Positions 12,401-26,400 of a DNA stretch of 64,000 nt are shown one piece after another. Source of the stretch: the human T2T-CHM13v2.0 reference genome, Homo sapiens; the NCBI RefSeq assembly GCF_009914755.1, contig NC_060939.1, one strand, 5' to 3'. Below the pieces are notes generated by a model, which had not been told where the DNA came from, did not search any database, and was given only the letters and a program-made list of their open reading frames with translations. Each line of letters starts with the position of its first letter. The first letter of the stretch is position 1. The position numbers and the translations under genes were made by a program.

Positions 12401-15400
12401 TGTCTCAAAACTGCTCAATCAAACCAAAGGTTCAACTCTGTGAGATGAATGCCCACATCACAAAGAAGTTTCTCAGAGTACTTCTGTGTAGTTTCTATTT
12501 GAGGATAGTTCCTTTTCCACCACAGACCAGAAAGGGCTCCAAATATCCATTGCAGATGGTACAAAAAGTGAGATTCAAAACTGCTCAATCCAAAGGTAGT
12601 TTCAACCATGTGATATGAATGCACACAGCACAGAGAATTTTCTCAAAATGCGTCTGTCTAGTTTTTATTTGAAGATATTTCCTTTTCTACCATAGGCCAC
12701 AAACGTCTCCAAATATCCACATGCAGCTTCTACAAAAAGAGAGATTCAAAACTTCTCAATCAAAAGATAGGTTCAACTCTGTGAGTTGAAAGCACACCTC
12801 ACAGAGAAGTTTCTCAGAGTGCTTCTGTGTGTTTTTATGTGAAGATATTTCCTTTTCCACAATAGGCCTCAAAGCTCTCCAAATATCTGCGAGCAGAGTC
12901 TACAAAATGAGAGATTCAAAACTGCTCAATGAAAAGATAGGTTCAACTCTGTGAGTTGAATGCACACCTCCAAAGAAGTTTCTCAGAATGCTTCCGTGTA
13001 GTTTTTATGTGAAGATATTTACTTTTCCACAGTTGTCCCAAAGCTCTAAAATGTCCACTTGCAGACCCTCCAAAAGAGTGTCTCAGAATTGCTCAATCAA
13101 AGGGAAGGTTCAATTCTGTGTGACCAATGCACTCATCACAAAGAAGTTTGTCTGAATGCTTCTGTGTAGAATTGATTTGAAGATAATTCCTTTTCCACCA
13201 CAGTCCGCAAAGGGCTAAAAATATCCACTTGCCGATTCCACAAAAAGAGAGATTCAAAACTGCTCAATCACAAGATAGGTTCAACTTGGTAATTGGAAAG
13301 CACACATGACAAACAATTTCTGAGAATGTTTCTGTGTAGTTTTTAAGGGAAGATATTTGATTTTCAAATGTAGGCCTCAAATCGCTCCAAATATCCACTT
13401 GCATATTGTACAAAAAGAGAGATTCAAAACTGGTCACTCAAAAGTTAGGTCCAGCTCTGTGAGCTGAATGCACACATCACAAAGATGTTTCTCAGAAGGT
13501 TTCTGTATAGTTTTTATATGAAGATATTGGCTTTTCCACAATATGCCTCAAATCTCCCCAATTATCCACTTGCAGATTCTAGAAAAAGAGTGTTTCAAAA
13601 CAGCTCAATCAAAATAAACTTTCAACTCTGTGAGATCAATGCACACATCACAAAGAAGTTTCTCAGAATGCTTCTGTGTAGTTTTTTTTGTGAAGATATT
13701 TGATTTTCCACAGCAGGCTTCCAAGCACTCCAAATATCCACTCGCAGATTCTGCAAAAAGAGAGATTCAAATCTGCTGAATCAAAAGATAGGTTTAACTC
13801 TGTGACTTCAATGCACACCTCACAAGGGTGTTTCTCAGAAAGCTTCTGTGTAGTTTTTATATGAAGATATCTCCTTCTCCAAAGCAGGTCTCAAAGCCCT
13901 CCAAATATTCACTTCAAGATTCTACGGAAAGATTGTCTCAACACTGCTAAATCTAAACAAATGTTCAACTCTGTGTGATGAATGCACTCATCACAGAGAA
14001 GTTTCTCTGAATGCCTCTGTGTAGTTTTTATTTGAAGATATTTGCTTTTCCAGTATAGGGCGAAATAGGGCTCCAAATATTCACTTGCAGATTCTACAAA
14101 AGGAGAGATTCCAAACTGCTCAATCAAAACATAGGTTCAACACTGTGAGTTGAATGCACACATCACAAAGAAGTTTCACAGAGTGCTTCTGGGTAGTTTT
14201 TATTTGAGGATATTTCCCTTTCCACAATAGGCCTCAAAGCTTTCCAAATATCCACTTGCAGATTCTGCAAAAAGAGAGATACAAAACTGCTCTATCAAAA
14301 GATAGATTCGACTCTGTGAGTTGAATGCCAACATCGCAAAGAAGTTTCTCAGAATGCTTCTCTGCAGCTTTTTTGTGAGTATGTTTCGTTTTCCACCATA
14401 GGGCGAAATGGGGCTCCAAATATCCACTTGCATTTCCTACAAAAAGAGAGATTCTAAGCTGCTCAATCAAAACATTGTTTCAACACGGTTAGTTGAATGC
14501 ACACATCCCAAAGATGTTTTTCAGAGTGCTTCTGTGTGGTTTTTATGTGAAGATACTTCCTTTTCCACAATAGGCCTCAAATCTCTGTAAATATCCACTT
14601 GCAGACTCTACAAAGAGTGTTTCCAAACTCCTCAATCATAAGATAGGTTCAACTCCGATAGTTGAATGCACACATCACAAAGAAGTTTCTCAGAAAGCTT
14701 CTGTGTAGTTTTTGATGAAGATATCTTCTTCTCTAAAACAGAACTCCAAGCCCTCCAAATATTCACTTCAAGATTCTACGGAAAGATTGTCTCAAACTGC
14801 TAAATCAAAACAAAGGTTCAACTCTGTGTGATGAATGCATTCATCACAAAGAAGTTTCTCTGAGTGCTTCTGTGCAGTTTTTATTTGAAGATAATTGCTT
14901 TTCCAGTATAGGGTGAAATAGGGCTCCAAATATTCACTTGCAGATTCTACAGAAAGAGAGATTCCAAACTGCTCAATCAAAACATAGGTTCAACACTGTG
15001 AGTTGAATGCATACATCGCAAAGAAGTTTCACAGAGTACTTCTGGGTGGTTTTTATTTGAAGATATTTCCCTTTCCACAATAGGCCTCAAAGCTTTCCAA
15101 ATGTCCACTTGCAGATTCCACCAAAAGAGTGTTTCGAAACTGCTCAATCAAAAGAAAGGTTCTACTCTGTGGGATGAATGCACACATCACAAAGTAGTTT
15201 CTCAGAATGCTTCTGTGTAGTTTTTATGTGAAGATATTTGTTTTTCCACAGTAGGCCCCAAAGAGCTCCAAATATTCACTTGCAGATTCTACAAAAAGAG
15301 TGTTCCAAAACTGCTCAATCATGAAATAGGATCAACCCTGTGAGATGAATGTACGTATGACAGAGAAGTTTCTCAGAATGCTTCTGTGTAGTTTTTATGC

Positions 15401-17070
15401 GAAGATATTCGACTTTCCACAGTACGCCTCAAAGTTCTCCAATTATCCACTCGTAGATCCTGCAAAAAGAGAGATTCAAAACTGCTCAATCAAAAGATAG
15501 TTTCTACTCCATTAGCTGAAAGACCACATCACAAAAAAAGTTTCTCAGGATGCTTCTGTGTAGTTTTTATGTGAAGATATTTGGTTTTCCACAGTAGGCC
15601 TCAAAGCGCTCCAAATATCCACTCACAGATTCTGCAAAAAGAGAGATTCAAAACTGCTGAATCAAAAGACAGTTTCAACTCTGTGACTTCAGTGCACACC
15701 TCACAAGGATGTTTCTCAGAATGCTTCTGTGTAGTTTTTATATAAAGATATCTCCTTCTCCAAAATGGATCTCAAAGTTCTCCAAATATTCACTTCCAGA
15801 TTCTATGGAAAGATTGTCTCAAAACTGCTCAATCAAACCAAAGGTTCAACTCTGTGAGATGAATGCCCACATCACAAAGAAGTTTCTCAGAGTACTTCTG
15901 TGTAGTTTCTATTTGAGGATAGTTCCTTTTCCACCACAGACCAGAAAGGGCTCCAAATATCCATTGCAGATGGTACAAAAAGTGAGATTCAAAACTGCTC
16001 AATCCAAAGGTAGTTTCAACCATGTGATATGAATGCACACAGCACAGAGAATTTTCTCAAAATGCGTCTGTCTAGTTTTTATTTGAAGATATTTCCTTTT
16101 CTACCATAGGCCACAAACGTCTCCAAATATCCACATGCAGCTTCTACAAAAAGAGAGATTCAAAACTTCTCAATCAAAAGATAGGTTCAACTCTGTGAGT
16201 TGAAAGCACACCTCACAGAGAAGTTTCTCAGAGTGCTTCTGTGTGTTTTTATGTGAAGATATTTCCTTTTCCACAATAGGCCTCAAAGCTCTCCAAATAT
16301 CTGCGAGCAGAGTCTACAAAATGAGAGATTCAAAACTGCTCAATGAAAAGATAGGTTCAACTCTGTGAGTTGAATGCACACCTCCAAAGAAGTTTCTCAG
16401 AATGCTTCCGTGTAGTTTTTATGTGAAGATATTTACTTTTCCACAGTTGTCCCAAAGCTCTAAAATGTCCACTTGCAGACCCTCCAAAAGAGTGTCTCAG
16501 AATTGCTCAATCAAAGGGAAGGTTCAATTCTGTGTGACCAATGCACTCATCACAAAGAAGTTTGTCTGAATGCTTCTGTGTAGAATTGATTTGAAGATAA
16601 TTCCTTTTCCACCACAGTCCGCAAAGGGCTAAAAATATCCACTTGCCGATTCCACAAAAAGAGAGATTCAAAACTGCTCAATCACAAGATAGGTTCAACT
16701 TGGTAATTGGAAAGCACACATGACTAACAATTTCTGAGAATGTTTCTGTGTAGTTTTTAAGGGAAGATATTTGATTTTCAAATGTAGGCCTCAAATCGCT
16801 CCAAATATCCACTTGCATATTGTACAAAAAGAGAGATTCAAAACTGGTCACTCAAAAGTTAGGTCCAGCTCTGTGAGCTGAATGCACACATCACAAAGAT
16901 GTTTCTCAGAAGGTTTCTGTATAGTTTTTATATGAAGATATTGGCTTTTCCACAATATGCCTCAAATCTCCCCAATTATCCACTTGCAGATTCTAGAAAA
17001 AGAGTGTTTCAAAACAGCTCAATCAAAATAAACTTTCAACTCTGTGAGATCAATGCACACATCACAAAGA
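3415..17070 (-). repeat. HOR copies 2-5 (canonical 3,414 bp each)
   Basis: Constant 3,414-bp offset of all landmarks; only SNVs seen (e.g. 5121, 6254, 11278, 11500, 14692, 14914, 16725). Confidence 0.95.
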
Positions 17071-20000
17071 AGTTTCTCAGAATGCTTCTGTGTAGTTTTT
17101 TTTGTGAAGATATTTGATTTTCCACAGCAGGCTTCCAAGCACTCCAAATATCTACTCGCAGATTCTGCAAAAAGAGAGATTCAAATCTGCTGAATCAAAA
17201 GATAGATTTAACTCTGTGACTTCAATGCACACCTCACAAGGGTGTTTCTCAGAAAGCTTCTGTGTAGTTTTTATATGAAGATATCTCCTTCTCCAAAGCA
17301 GGTCTCAAAGCCCTCCAAATATTCACTTCAAGATTCTACGGAAAGATTGTCTCAACACTGCTAAATCTAAACAAATGTTCAACTCTGTGTGATGAATGCA
17401 CTCATCACAGAGAAGTTTCTCTGAATGCCTCTGTGTAGTTTTTATTTGAAGATATTTGCTTTTCCAGTATAGGGCGAAATAGGGCTCCAAATATTCACTT
17501 GCAGATTCTACAAAAGGAGAGATTCCAAACTGCTCAATCAAAACATAGGTTCAACACTGTGAGTTGAATGCACACATCACAAAGAAGTTTCACAGAGTGC
17601 TTCTGGGTAGTTTTTATTTGAGGATATTTCCCTTTCCACAATAGGCCTCAAAGCTTTCCAAATATCCACTTGCAGATTCTGCAAAAACAGAGATACAAAA
17701 CTGCTCTATCAAAAGATAGATTCGACTCTGTGAGTTGAATGCCAACATCGCAAAGAAGTTTCTCAGAATGCTTCTCTGCAGCTTTTTTGTGAGTATGTTT
17801 CGTTTTCCACCATAGGGCGAAATGGGGCTCCAAATATCCACTTGCATTTCCTACAAAAAGAGAGATTCTAAGCTGCTCAATCAAAACATTGTTTCAACAC
17901 GGTTAGTTGAATGCACACATCCCAAAGATGTTTTTCAGAGTGCTTCTGTGTGGTTTTTATGTGAAGATACTTCCTTTTCCACAATAGGCCTCAAATCTCT
18001 GTAAATATCCACTTGCAGACTCTACAAAGAGTGTTTCCAAACTCCTCAATCATAAGATAGGTTCAACTCCGATAGTTGAATGCACACATCACAAAGAAGT
18101 TTCTCGGAAAGCTTCTGTGTAGTTTTTGATGAAGATATCTTCTTCTCTAAAACAGAACTCCAAGCCCTCCAAATATTCACTTCAAGATTCTACGGAAAGA
18201 TTGTCTCAAACTGCTAAATCAAAACAAAGGTTCAACTCTGTGTGATGAATGCATTCATCACAAAGAAGTTTCTCTGAGTGCTTCTGTGCAGTTTTTATTT
18301 GAAGATAATTGCTTTTCCAGTATAGGGCGAAATAGGGCTCCAAATATTCACTTGCAGATTCTACAGAAAGAGAGATTCCAAACTGCTCAATCAAAACATA
18401 GGTTCAACACTGTGAGTTGAATGCATACATCGCAAAGAAGTTTCACAGAGTACTTCTGGGTGGTTTTTATTTGAAGATATTTCCCTTTCCACAATAGGCC
18501 TCAAAGCTTTCCAAATGTCCACTTGCAGATTCCACCAAAAGAGTGTTTCGAAACTGCTCAATCAAAAGAAAGGTTCTACTCTGTGGGATGAATGCACACA
18601 TCACAAAGTAGTTTCTCAGAATGCTTCTGTGTAGTTTTTATGTGAAGATATTTGTTTTTCCACAGTAGGCCCCAAAGAGCTCCAAATATTCACTTGCAGA
18701 TTCTACAAAAAGAGTGTTCCAAAACTGCTCAATCATGAAATAGGATCAACCCTGTGAGATGAATGTACGTATGACAGAGAAGTTTCTCAGAATGCTTCTG
18801 TGTAGTTTTTATGCGAAGATATTCGACTTTCCACAGTACGCCTCAAAGTTCTCCAATTATCCACTCGTAGATCCTGCAAAAAGAGAGATTCAAAACTGCT
18901 CAATCAAAAGATAGTTTCTACTCCATTAGCTGAAAGACCACATCACAAAAAAAGTTTCTCAGGATGCTTCTGTGTAGTTTTTATGTGAAGATATTTGGTT
19001 TTCCACAGTAGGCCTCAAAGCGCTCCAAATATCCACTCACAGATTCTGCAAAAAGAGAGATTCAAAACTGCTGAATCAAAAGACAGTTTCAACTCTGTGA
19101 CTTCAGTGCACACCTCACAAGGATGTTTCTCAGAATGCTTCTGTGTAGTTTTTATATAAAGATATCTCCTTCTCCAAAATGGATCTCAAAGTTCTCCAAA
19201 TATTCACTTCCAGATTCTATGGAAAGATTGTCTCAAAACTGCTCAATCAAACCAAAGGTTCAACTCTGTGAGATGAATGCCCACATCACAAAGAAGTTTC
19301 TCAGAGTACTTCTGTGTAGTTTCTATTTGAGGATAGTTCCTTTTCCACCACAGACCAGAAAGGGCTCCAAATATCCATTGCAGATGGTACAAAAAGTGAG
19401 ATTCAAAACTGCTCAATCCAAAGGTAGTTTCAACCATGTGATATGAATGCACACAGCACAGAGAATTTTCTCAAAATGCGTCTGTCTAGTTTTTATTTGA
19501 AGATATTTCCTTTTCTACCATAGGCCACAAACGTCTCCAAATATCCACATGCAGCTTCTACAAAAAGAGAGATTCAAAACTTCTCAATCAAAAGATAGGT
19601 TCAACTCTGTGAGTTGAAAGCACACCTCACAGAGAAGTTTCTCAGAGTGCTTCTGTGTGGTGTTTTTATGTGAAGATATTTCCTTTTCCACAATAGGCCT
19701 CAAAGCTCTCCAAATATCTGCGAGCAGAGTCTACAAAATGAGAGATTCAAAACTGCTCAATGAAAAGATAGGTTCAACTCTGTGAGTTGAATGCACACCT
19801 CCAAAGAAGTTTCTCAGAATGCTTCCGTGTAGTTTTTATGTGAAGATATTTACTTTTCCACAGTTTTCCCAAAGCTCTAAAATGTCCACTTGCAGACCCT
19901 CCAAAAGAGTGTCTCAGAATTGCTCAATCAAAGGGAAGGTTCAATTCTGTGTGACCAATGCACTCATCACAAAGAAGTTTGTCTGAATGCTTCTGTGTAG

Positions 20001-20487
20001 AATTGATTTGAAGATAATTCCTTTTCCACCACAGTCCGCAAAGGGCTAAAAATATCCACTTGCCGATTCCACAAAAAGAGAGATTCAAAACTGCTCAATC
20101 ACAAGATAGGTTCAACTTGGTAATTGGAAAGCACACATGACAAACAATTTCTGAGAATGTTTCTGTGTAGTTTTTAAGGGAAGATATTTGATTTTCAAAT
20201 GTAGGCCTCAAATCGCTCCAAATATCCACTTGCATATTGTACAAAAAGAGAGATTCAAAACTGGTCACTCAAAAGTTAGGTCCAGCTCTGTGAGCTGAAT
20301 GCACACATCACAAAGATGTTTCTCAGAAGGTTTCTGTATAGTTTTTATATGAAGATATTGGCTTTTCCACAATATGCCTCAAATCTCCCCAATTATCCAC
20401 TTGCAGATTCTAGAAAAAGAGTGTTTCAAAACAGCTCAATCAAAATAAACTTTCAACTCTGTGAGATCAATGCACACATCACAAAGA
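17071..20487 (-). repeat. HOR copy 6, 3,417-bp variant (+3 bp)
   Basis: The ORF offset becomes 3,417 (17323 to 20740). The sequence reads ttctgtgtgGTGtttttatg at 19651-19670 versus ttctgtgtgtttttatg in other copies. Confidence 0.95.
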
Positions 20488-23400
20488 AGTTTCTCAGAAT
20501 GCTTCTGTGTAGTTTTTTTTGTGAAGATATTTGATTTTCCACAGCAGGCTTCCAAGCACTCCAAATATCCACTCGCAGATTCTGCAAAAAGAGAGATTCA
20601 AATCTGCTGAATCAAAAGATAGGTTTAACTCTGTGACTTCAATGCACACCTCACAAGGGTGTTTCTCAGAAAGCTTCTGTGTAGTTTTTATATGAAGATA
20701 TCTCCTTCTCCAAAGCAGGTCTCAAAGCCCTCCAAATATTCACTTCAAGATTCTACGGAAAGATTGTCTCAACACTGCTAAATCTAAACAAATGTTCAAC
20801 TCTGTGTGATGAATGCACTCATCACAGAGAAGTTTCTCTGAATGCCTCTGTGTAGTTTTTATTTGAAGATATTTGCTTTTCCAGTATAGGGCGAAATAGG
20901 GCTCCAAATATTCACTTGCAGATTCTACAAAAGGAGAGATTCCAAACTGCTCAATCAAAACATAGGTTCAACACTGTGAGTTGAATGCACACATCACAAA
21001 GAAGTTTCACAGAGTGCTTCTGGGTAGTTTTTATTTGAGGATATTTCCCTTTCCACAATAGGCCTCAAAGCTTTCCAAATATCCACTTGCAGATTCTGCA
21101 AAAAGAGAGATACAAAACTGCTCTATCAAAAGATAGATTCGACTCTGTGAGTTGAATGCCAACATCGCAAAGAAGTTTCTCAGAATGCTTCTCTGCAGCT
21201 TTTTTGTGAGTATGTTTCGTTTTCCACCATAGGGCGAAATGGGGCTCCAAATATCCACTTGCATTTCCTACAAAAAGAGAGATTCTAAGCTGCTCAATCA
21301 AAACATTGTTTCAACACGGTTAGTTGAATGCACACATCCCAAAGATGTTTTTCAGAGTGCTTCTGTGTGGTTTTTATGTGAAGATACTTCCTTTTCCACA
21401 ATAGGCCTCAAATCTCTGTAAATATCCACTTGCAGACTCTACAAAGAGTGTTTCCAAACTCCTCAATCATAAGATAGGTTCAACTCCGATAGTTGAATGC
21501 ACACATCACAAAGAAGTTTCTCGGAAAGCTTCTGTGTAGTTTTTGATGAAGATATCTTCTTCTCTAAAACAGAACTCCAAGCCCTCCAAATATTCACTTC
21601 AAGATTCTACGGAAAGATTGTCTCAAACTGCTAAATCAAAACAAAGGTTCAACTCTGTGTGATGAATGCATTCATCACAAAGAAGTTTCTCTGAGTGCTT
21701 CTGTGCAGTTTTTATTTGAAGATAATTGCTTTTCCAGTATAGGGCGAAATAGGGCTCCAAATATTCACTTGCAGATTCTACAGAAAGAGAGATTCCAAAC
21801 TGCTCAATCAAAACATAGGTTCAACACTGTGAGTTGAATGCATACATCGCAAAGAAGTTTCACAGAGTACTTCTGGGTGGTTTTTATTTGAAGATATTTC
21901 CCTTTCCACAATAGGCCTCAAAGCTTTCCAAATGTCCACTTGCAGATTCCACCAAAAGAGTGTTTCGAAACTGCTCAATCAAAAGAAAGGTTCTACTCTG
22001 TGGGATGAATGCACACATCACAAAGTAGTTTCTCAGAATGCTTCTGTGTAGTTTTTATGTGAAGATATTTGTTTTTCCACAGTAGGCCCCAAAGAGCTCC
22101 AAATATTCACTTGCAGATTCTACAAAAAGAGTGTTCCAAAACTGCTCCATCATGAAATAGGATCAACCCTGTGAGATGAATGTACGTATGACAGAGAAGT
22201 TTCTCAGAATGCTTCTGTGTAGTTTTTATGCGAAGATATTCGACTTTCCACAGTACGCCTCAAAGTTCTCCAATTATCCACTCGTAGATCCTGCAAAAAG
22301 AGAGATTCAAAACTGCTCAATCAAAAGATAGTTTCTACTCCATTAGCTGAAAGACCACATCACAAAAAAAGTTTCTCAGGATGCTTCTGTGTAGTTTTTA
22401 TGTGAAGATATTTGGTTTTCCACAGTAGGCCTCAAAGCGCTCCAAATATCCACTCACAGATTCTGCAAAAAGAGAGATTCAAAACTGCTGAATCAAAAGA
22501 CAGTTTCAACTCTGTGACTTCAGTGCACACCTCACAAGGATGTTTCTCAGAATGCTTCTGTGTAGTTTTTATATAAAGATATCTCCTTCTCCAAAATGGA
22601 TCTCAAAGTTCTCCAAATATTCACTTCCAGATTCTATGGAAAGATTGTCTCAAAACTGCTCAATCAAACCAAAGGTTCAACTCTGTGAGATGAATGCCCA
22701 CATCACAAAGAAGTTTCTCAGAGTACTTCTGTGTAGTTTCTATTTGAGGATAGTTCCTTTTCCACCACAGACCAGAAAGGGCTCCAAATATCCATTGCAG
22801 ATGGTACAAAAAGTGAGATTCAAAACTGCTCAATCCAAAGGTAGTTTCAACCATGTGATATGAATGCACACAGCACAGAGAATTTTCTCAAAATGCGTCT
22901 GTCTAGTTTTTATTTGAAGATATTTCCTTTTCTACCATAGGCCACAAACGTCTCCAAATATCCACATGCAGCTTCTACAAAAAGAGAGATTCAAAACTTC
23001 TCAATCAAAAGATAGGTTCAACTCTGTGAGTTGAAAGCACACCTCACAGAGAAGTTTCTCAGAGTGCTTCTGTGTGTTTTTATGTGAAGATATTTCCTTT
23101 TCCACAATAGGCCTCAAAGCTCTCCAAATATCTGCGAGCAGAGTCTACAAAATGAGAGATTCAAAACTGCTCAATGAAAAGATAGGTTCAACTCTGTGAG
23201 TTGAATGCACACCTCCAAAGAAGTTTCTCAGAATGCTTCCGTGTAGTTTTTATGTGAAGATATTTACTTTTCCACAGTTGTCCCAAAGCTCTAAAATGTC
23301 CACTTGCAGACCCTCCAAAAGAGTGTTTCAGAATTGCTCAATCAAAGGGAAGGTTCAATTCTGTGTGACCAATGCACTCATCACAAAGAAGTTTGTCTGA

Positions 23401-26400
23401 ATGCTTCTGTGTAGAATTGATTTGAAGATAATTCCTTTTCCACCACAGTCCGCAAAGGGCTAAAAATATCCACTTGCCGATTCCACAAAAAGAGAGATTC
23501 AAAACTGCTCAATCACAAGATAGGTTCAACTTGGTAATTGGAAAGCACACATGACAAACAATTTCTGAGAATGTTTCTGTGTAGTTTTTAAGGGAAGATA
23601 TTTGATTTTCAAATGTAGGCCTCAAATCGCTCCAAATATCCACTTGCATATTGTACAAAAAGAGAGATTCAAAACTGGTCACTCAAAAGTTAGGTCCAGC
23701 TCTGTGAGCTGAATGCACACATCACAAAGATGTTTCTCAGAAGGTTTCTGTATAGTTTTTATATGAAGATATTTGCTTTTCCACAATATGCCTCAAATCT
23801 CCCCAATTATCCACTTGCAGATTCTAGAAAAAGAGTGTTTCAAAACAGCTCAATCAAAATAAACTTTCAACTCTGTGAGATCAATGCACACATCACAAAG
23901 AAGTTTCTCAGAATGCTTCTGTGTAGTTTTTTTTGTGAAGATATTTGATTTTCCACAGCAGGCTTCCAAGCACTCCAAATATCCACTCGCAGATTCTGCA
24001 AAAAGAGAGATTCAAATCTGCTGAATCAAAAGATAGGTTTAACTCTGTGACTTCAATGCACACCTCACAAGGGTGTTTCTCAGAAAGCTTCTGTGTAGTT
24101 TTTATATGAAGATATCTCCTTCTCCAAAGCAGGTCTCAAAGCCCTCCAAATATTCACTTCAAGATTCTACGGAAAGATTGTCTCAACACTGCTAAATCTA
24201 AACAAATGTTCAACTCTGTGTGATGAATGCACTCATCACAGAGAAGTTTCTCTGAATGCCTCTGTGTAGTTTTTATTTGAAGATATTTGCTTTTCCAGTA
24301 TAGGGCGAAATAGGGCTCCAAATATTCACTTGCAGATTCTACAAAAGGAGAGATTCCAAACTGCTCAATCAAAACATAGGTTCAACACTGTGAGTTGAAT
24401 GCACACATCACAAAGAAGTTTCACAGAGTGCTTCTGGGTAGTTTTTATTTGAGGATATTTCCCTTTCCACAATAGGCCTCAAAGCTTTCCAAATATCCAC
24501 TTGCAGATTCTGCAAAAAGAGAGATACAAAACTGCTCTATCAAAAGATAGATTCGACTCTGTGAGTTGAATGCCAACATCGCAAAGAAGTTTCTCAGAAT
24601 GCTTCTCTGCAGCTTTTTTGTGAGTATGTTTCGTTTTCCACCATAGGGCGAAATGGGGCTCCAAATATCCACTTGCATTTCCTACAAAAAGAGAGATTCT
24701 AAGCTGCTCAATCAAAACATTGTTTCAACACGGTTAGTTGAATGCACACATCCCAAAGATGTTTTTCAGAGTGCTTCTGTGTGGTTTTTATGTGAAGATA
24801 CTTCCTTTTCCACAATAGGCCTCAAATCTCTGTAAATATCCACTTGCAGACTCTACAAAGAGTGTTTCCAAACTGCTCAATCATAAGATAGGTTCAACTC
24901 CGATAGTTGAATGCACACATCACAAAGAAGTTTCTCGGAAAGCTTCTGTGTAGTTTTTGATGAAGATATCTTCTTCTCTAAAACAGAACTCCAAGCCCTC
25001 CAAATATTCACTTCAAGATTCTACGGAAAGATTGTCTCAAACTGCTAAATCAAAACAAAGGTTCAACTCTGTGTGATGAATGCATTCATCACAAAGAAGT
25101 TTCTCTGAGTGCTTCTGTGCAGTTTTTATTTGAAGATAATTGCTTTTCCAGTATAGGGCGAAATAGGGCTCCAAATATTCACTTGCAGATTCTACAGAAA
25201 GAGAGATTCCAAACTGCTCAATCAAAACATAGGTTCAACACTGTGAGTTGAATGCATACATCGCAAAGAAGTTTCACAGAGTACTTCTGGGTGGTTTTTA
25301 TTTGAAGATATTTCCCTTTCCACAATAGGCCTCAAAGCTTTCCAAATGTCCACTTGCAGATTCCACCAAAAGAGTGTTTCGAAACTGCTCAATCAAAAGA
25401 AAGGTTCTACTCTGTGGGATGAATGCACACATCACAAAGTAGTTTCTCAGAATGCTTCTGTGTAGTTTTTATGTGAAGATATTTGTTTTTCCACAGTAGG
25501 CCCCAAAGAGCTCCAAATATTCACTTGCAGATTCTACAAAAAGAGTGTTCCAAAACTGCTCCATCATGAAATAGGATCAACCCTGTGAGATGAATGTACG
25601 TATGACAGAGAAGTTTCTCAGAATGCTTCTGTGTAGTTTTTATGCGAAGATATTCGACTTTCCACAGTACGCCTCAAAGTTCTCCAATTATCCACTCGTA
25701 GATCCTGCAAAAAGAGAGATTCAAAACTGCTCAATCAAAAGATAGTTTCTACTCCATTAGCTGAAACACCACATCACAAAAAAAGTTTCTCAGGATGCTT
25801 CTGTGTAGTTTTTATGTGAAGATATTTGGTTTTCCACAGTAGGCCTCAAAGCGCTCCAAATATCCACTCACAGATTCTGCAAAAAGAGAGATTCAAAACT
25901 GCTGAATCAAAAGACAGTTTCAACTCTGTGACTTCAGTGCACACCTCACAAGGATGTTTCTCAGAATGCTTCTGTGTAGTTTTTATATAAAGATATCTCC
26001 TTCTCCAAAATGGATCTCAAAGTTCTCCAAATATTCACTTCCAGATTCTATGGAAAGATTGTCTCAAAACTGCTCAATCAAACCAAAGGTTCAACTCTGT
26101 GAGATGAATGCCCACATCACAAAGAAGTTTCTCAGAGTACTTCTGTGTATTTTCTATTTGAGGATAGTTCCTTTTCCACCACAGACCAGAAAGGGCTCCA
26201 AATATCCATTGCAGATGGTACAAAAAGTGAGATTCAAAACTGCTCAATCCAAAGGTAGTTTCAACCATGTGATATGAATGCACACAGCACAGAGAATTTT
26301 CTCAAAATGCGTCTGTCTAGTTTTTATTTGAAGATATTTCCTTTTCTACCATAGGCCACAAACGTCTCCAAATATCCACATGCAGCTTCTACAAAAAGAG

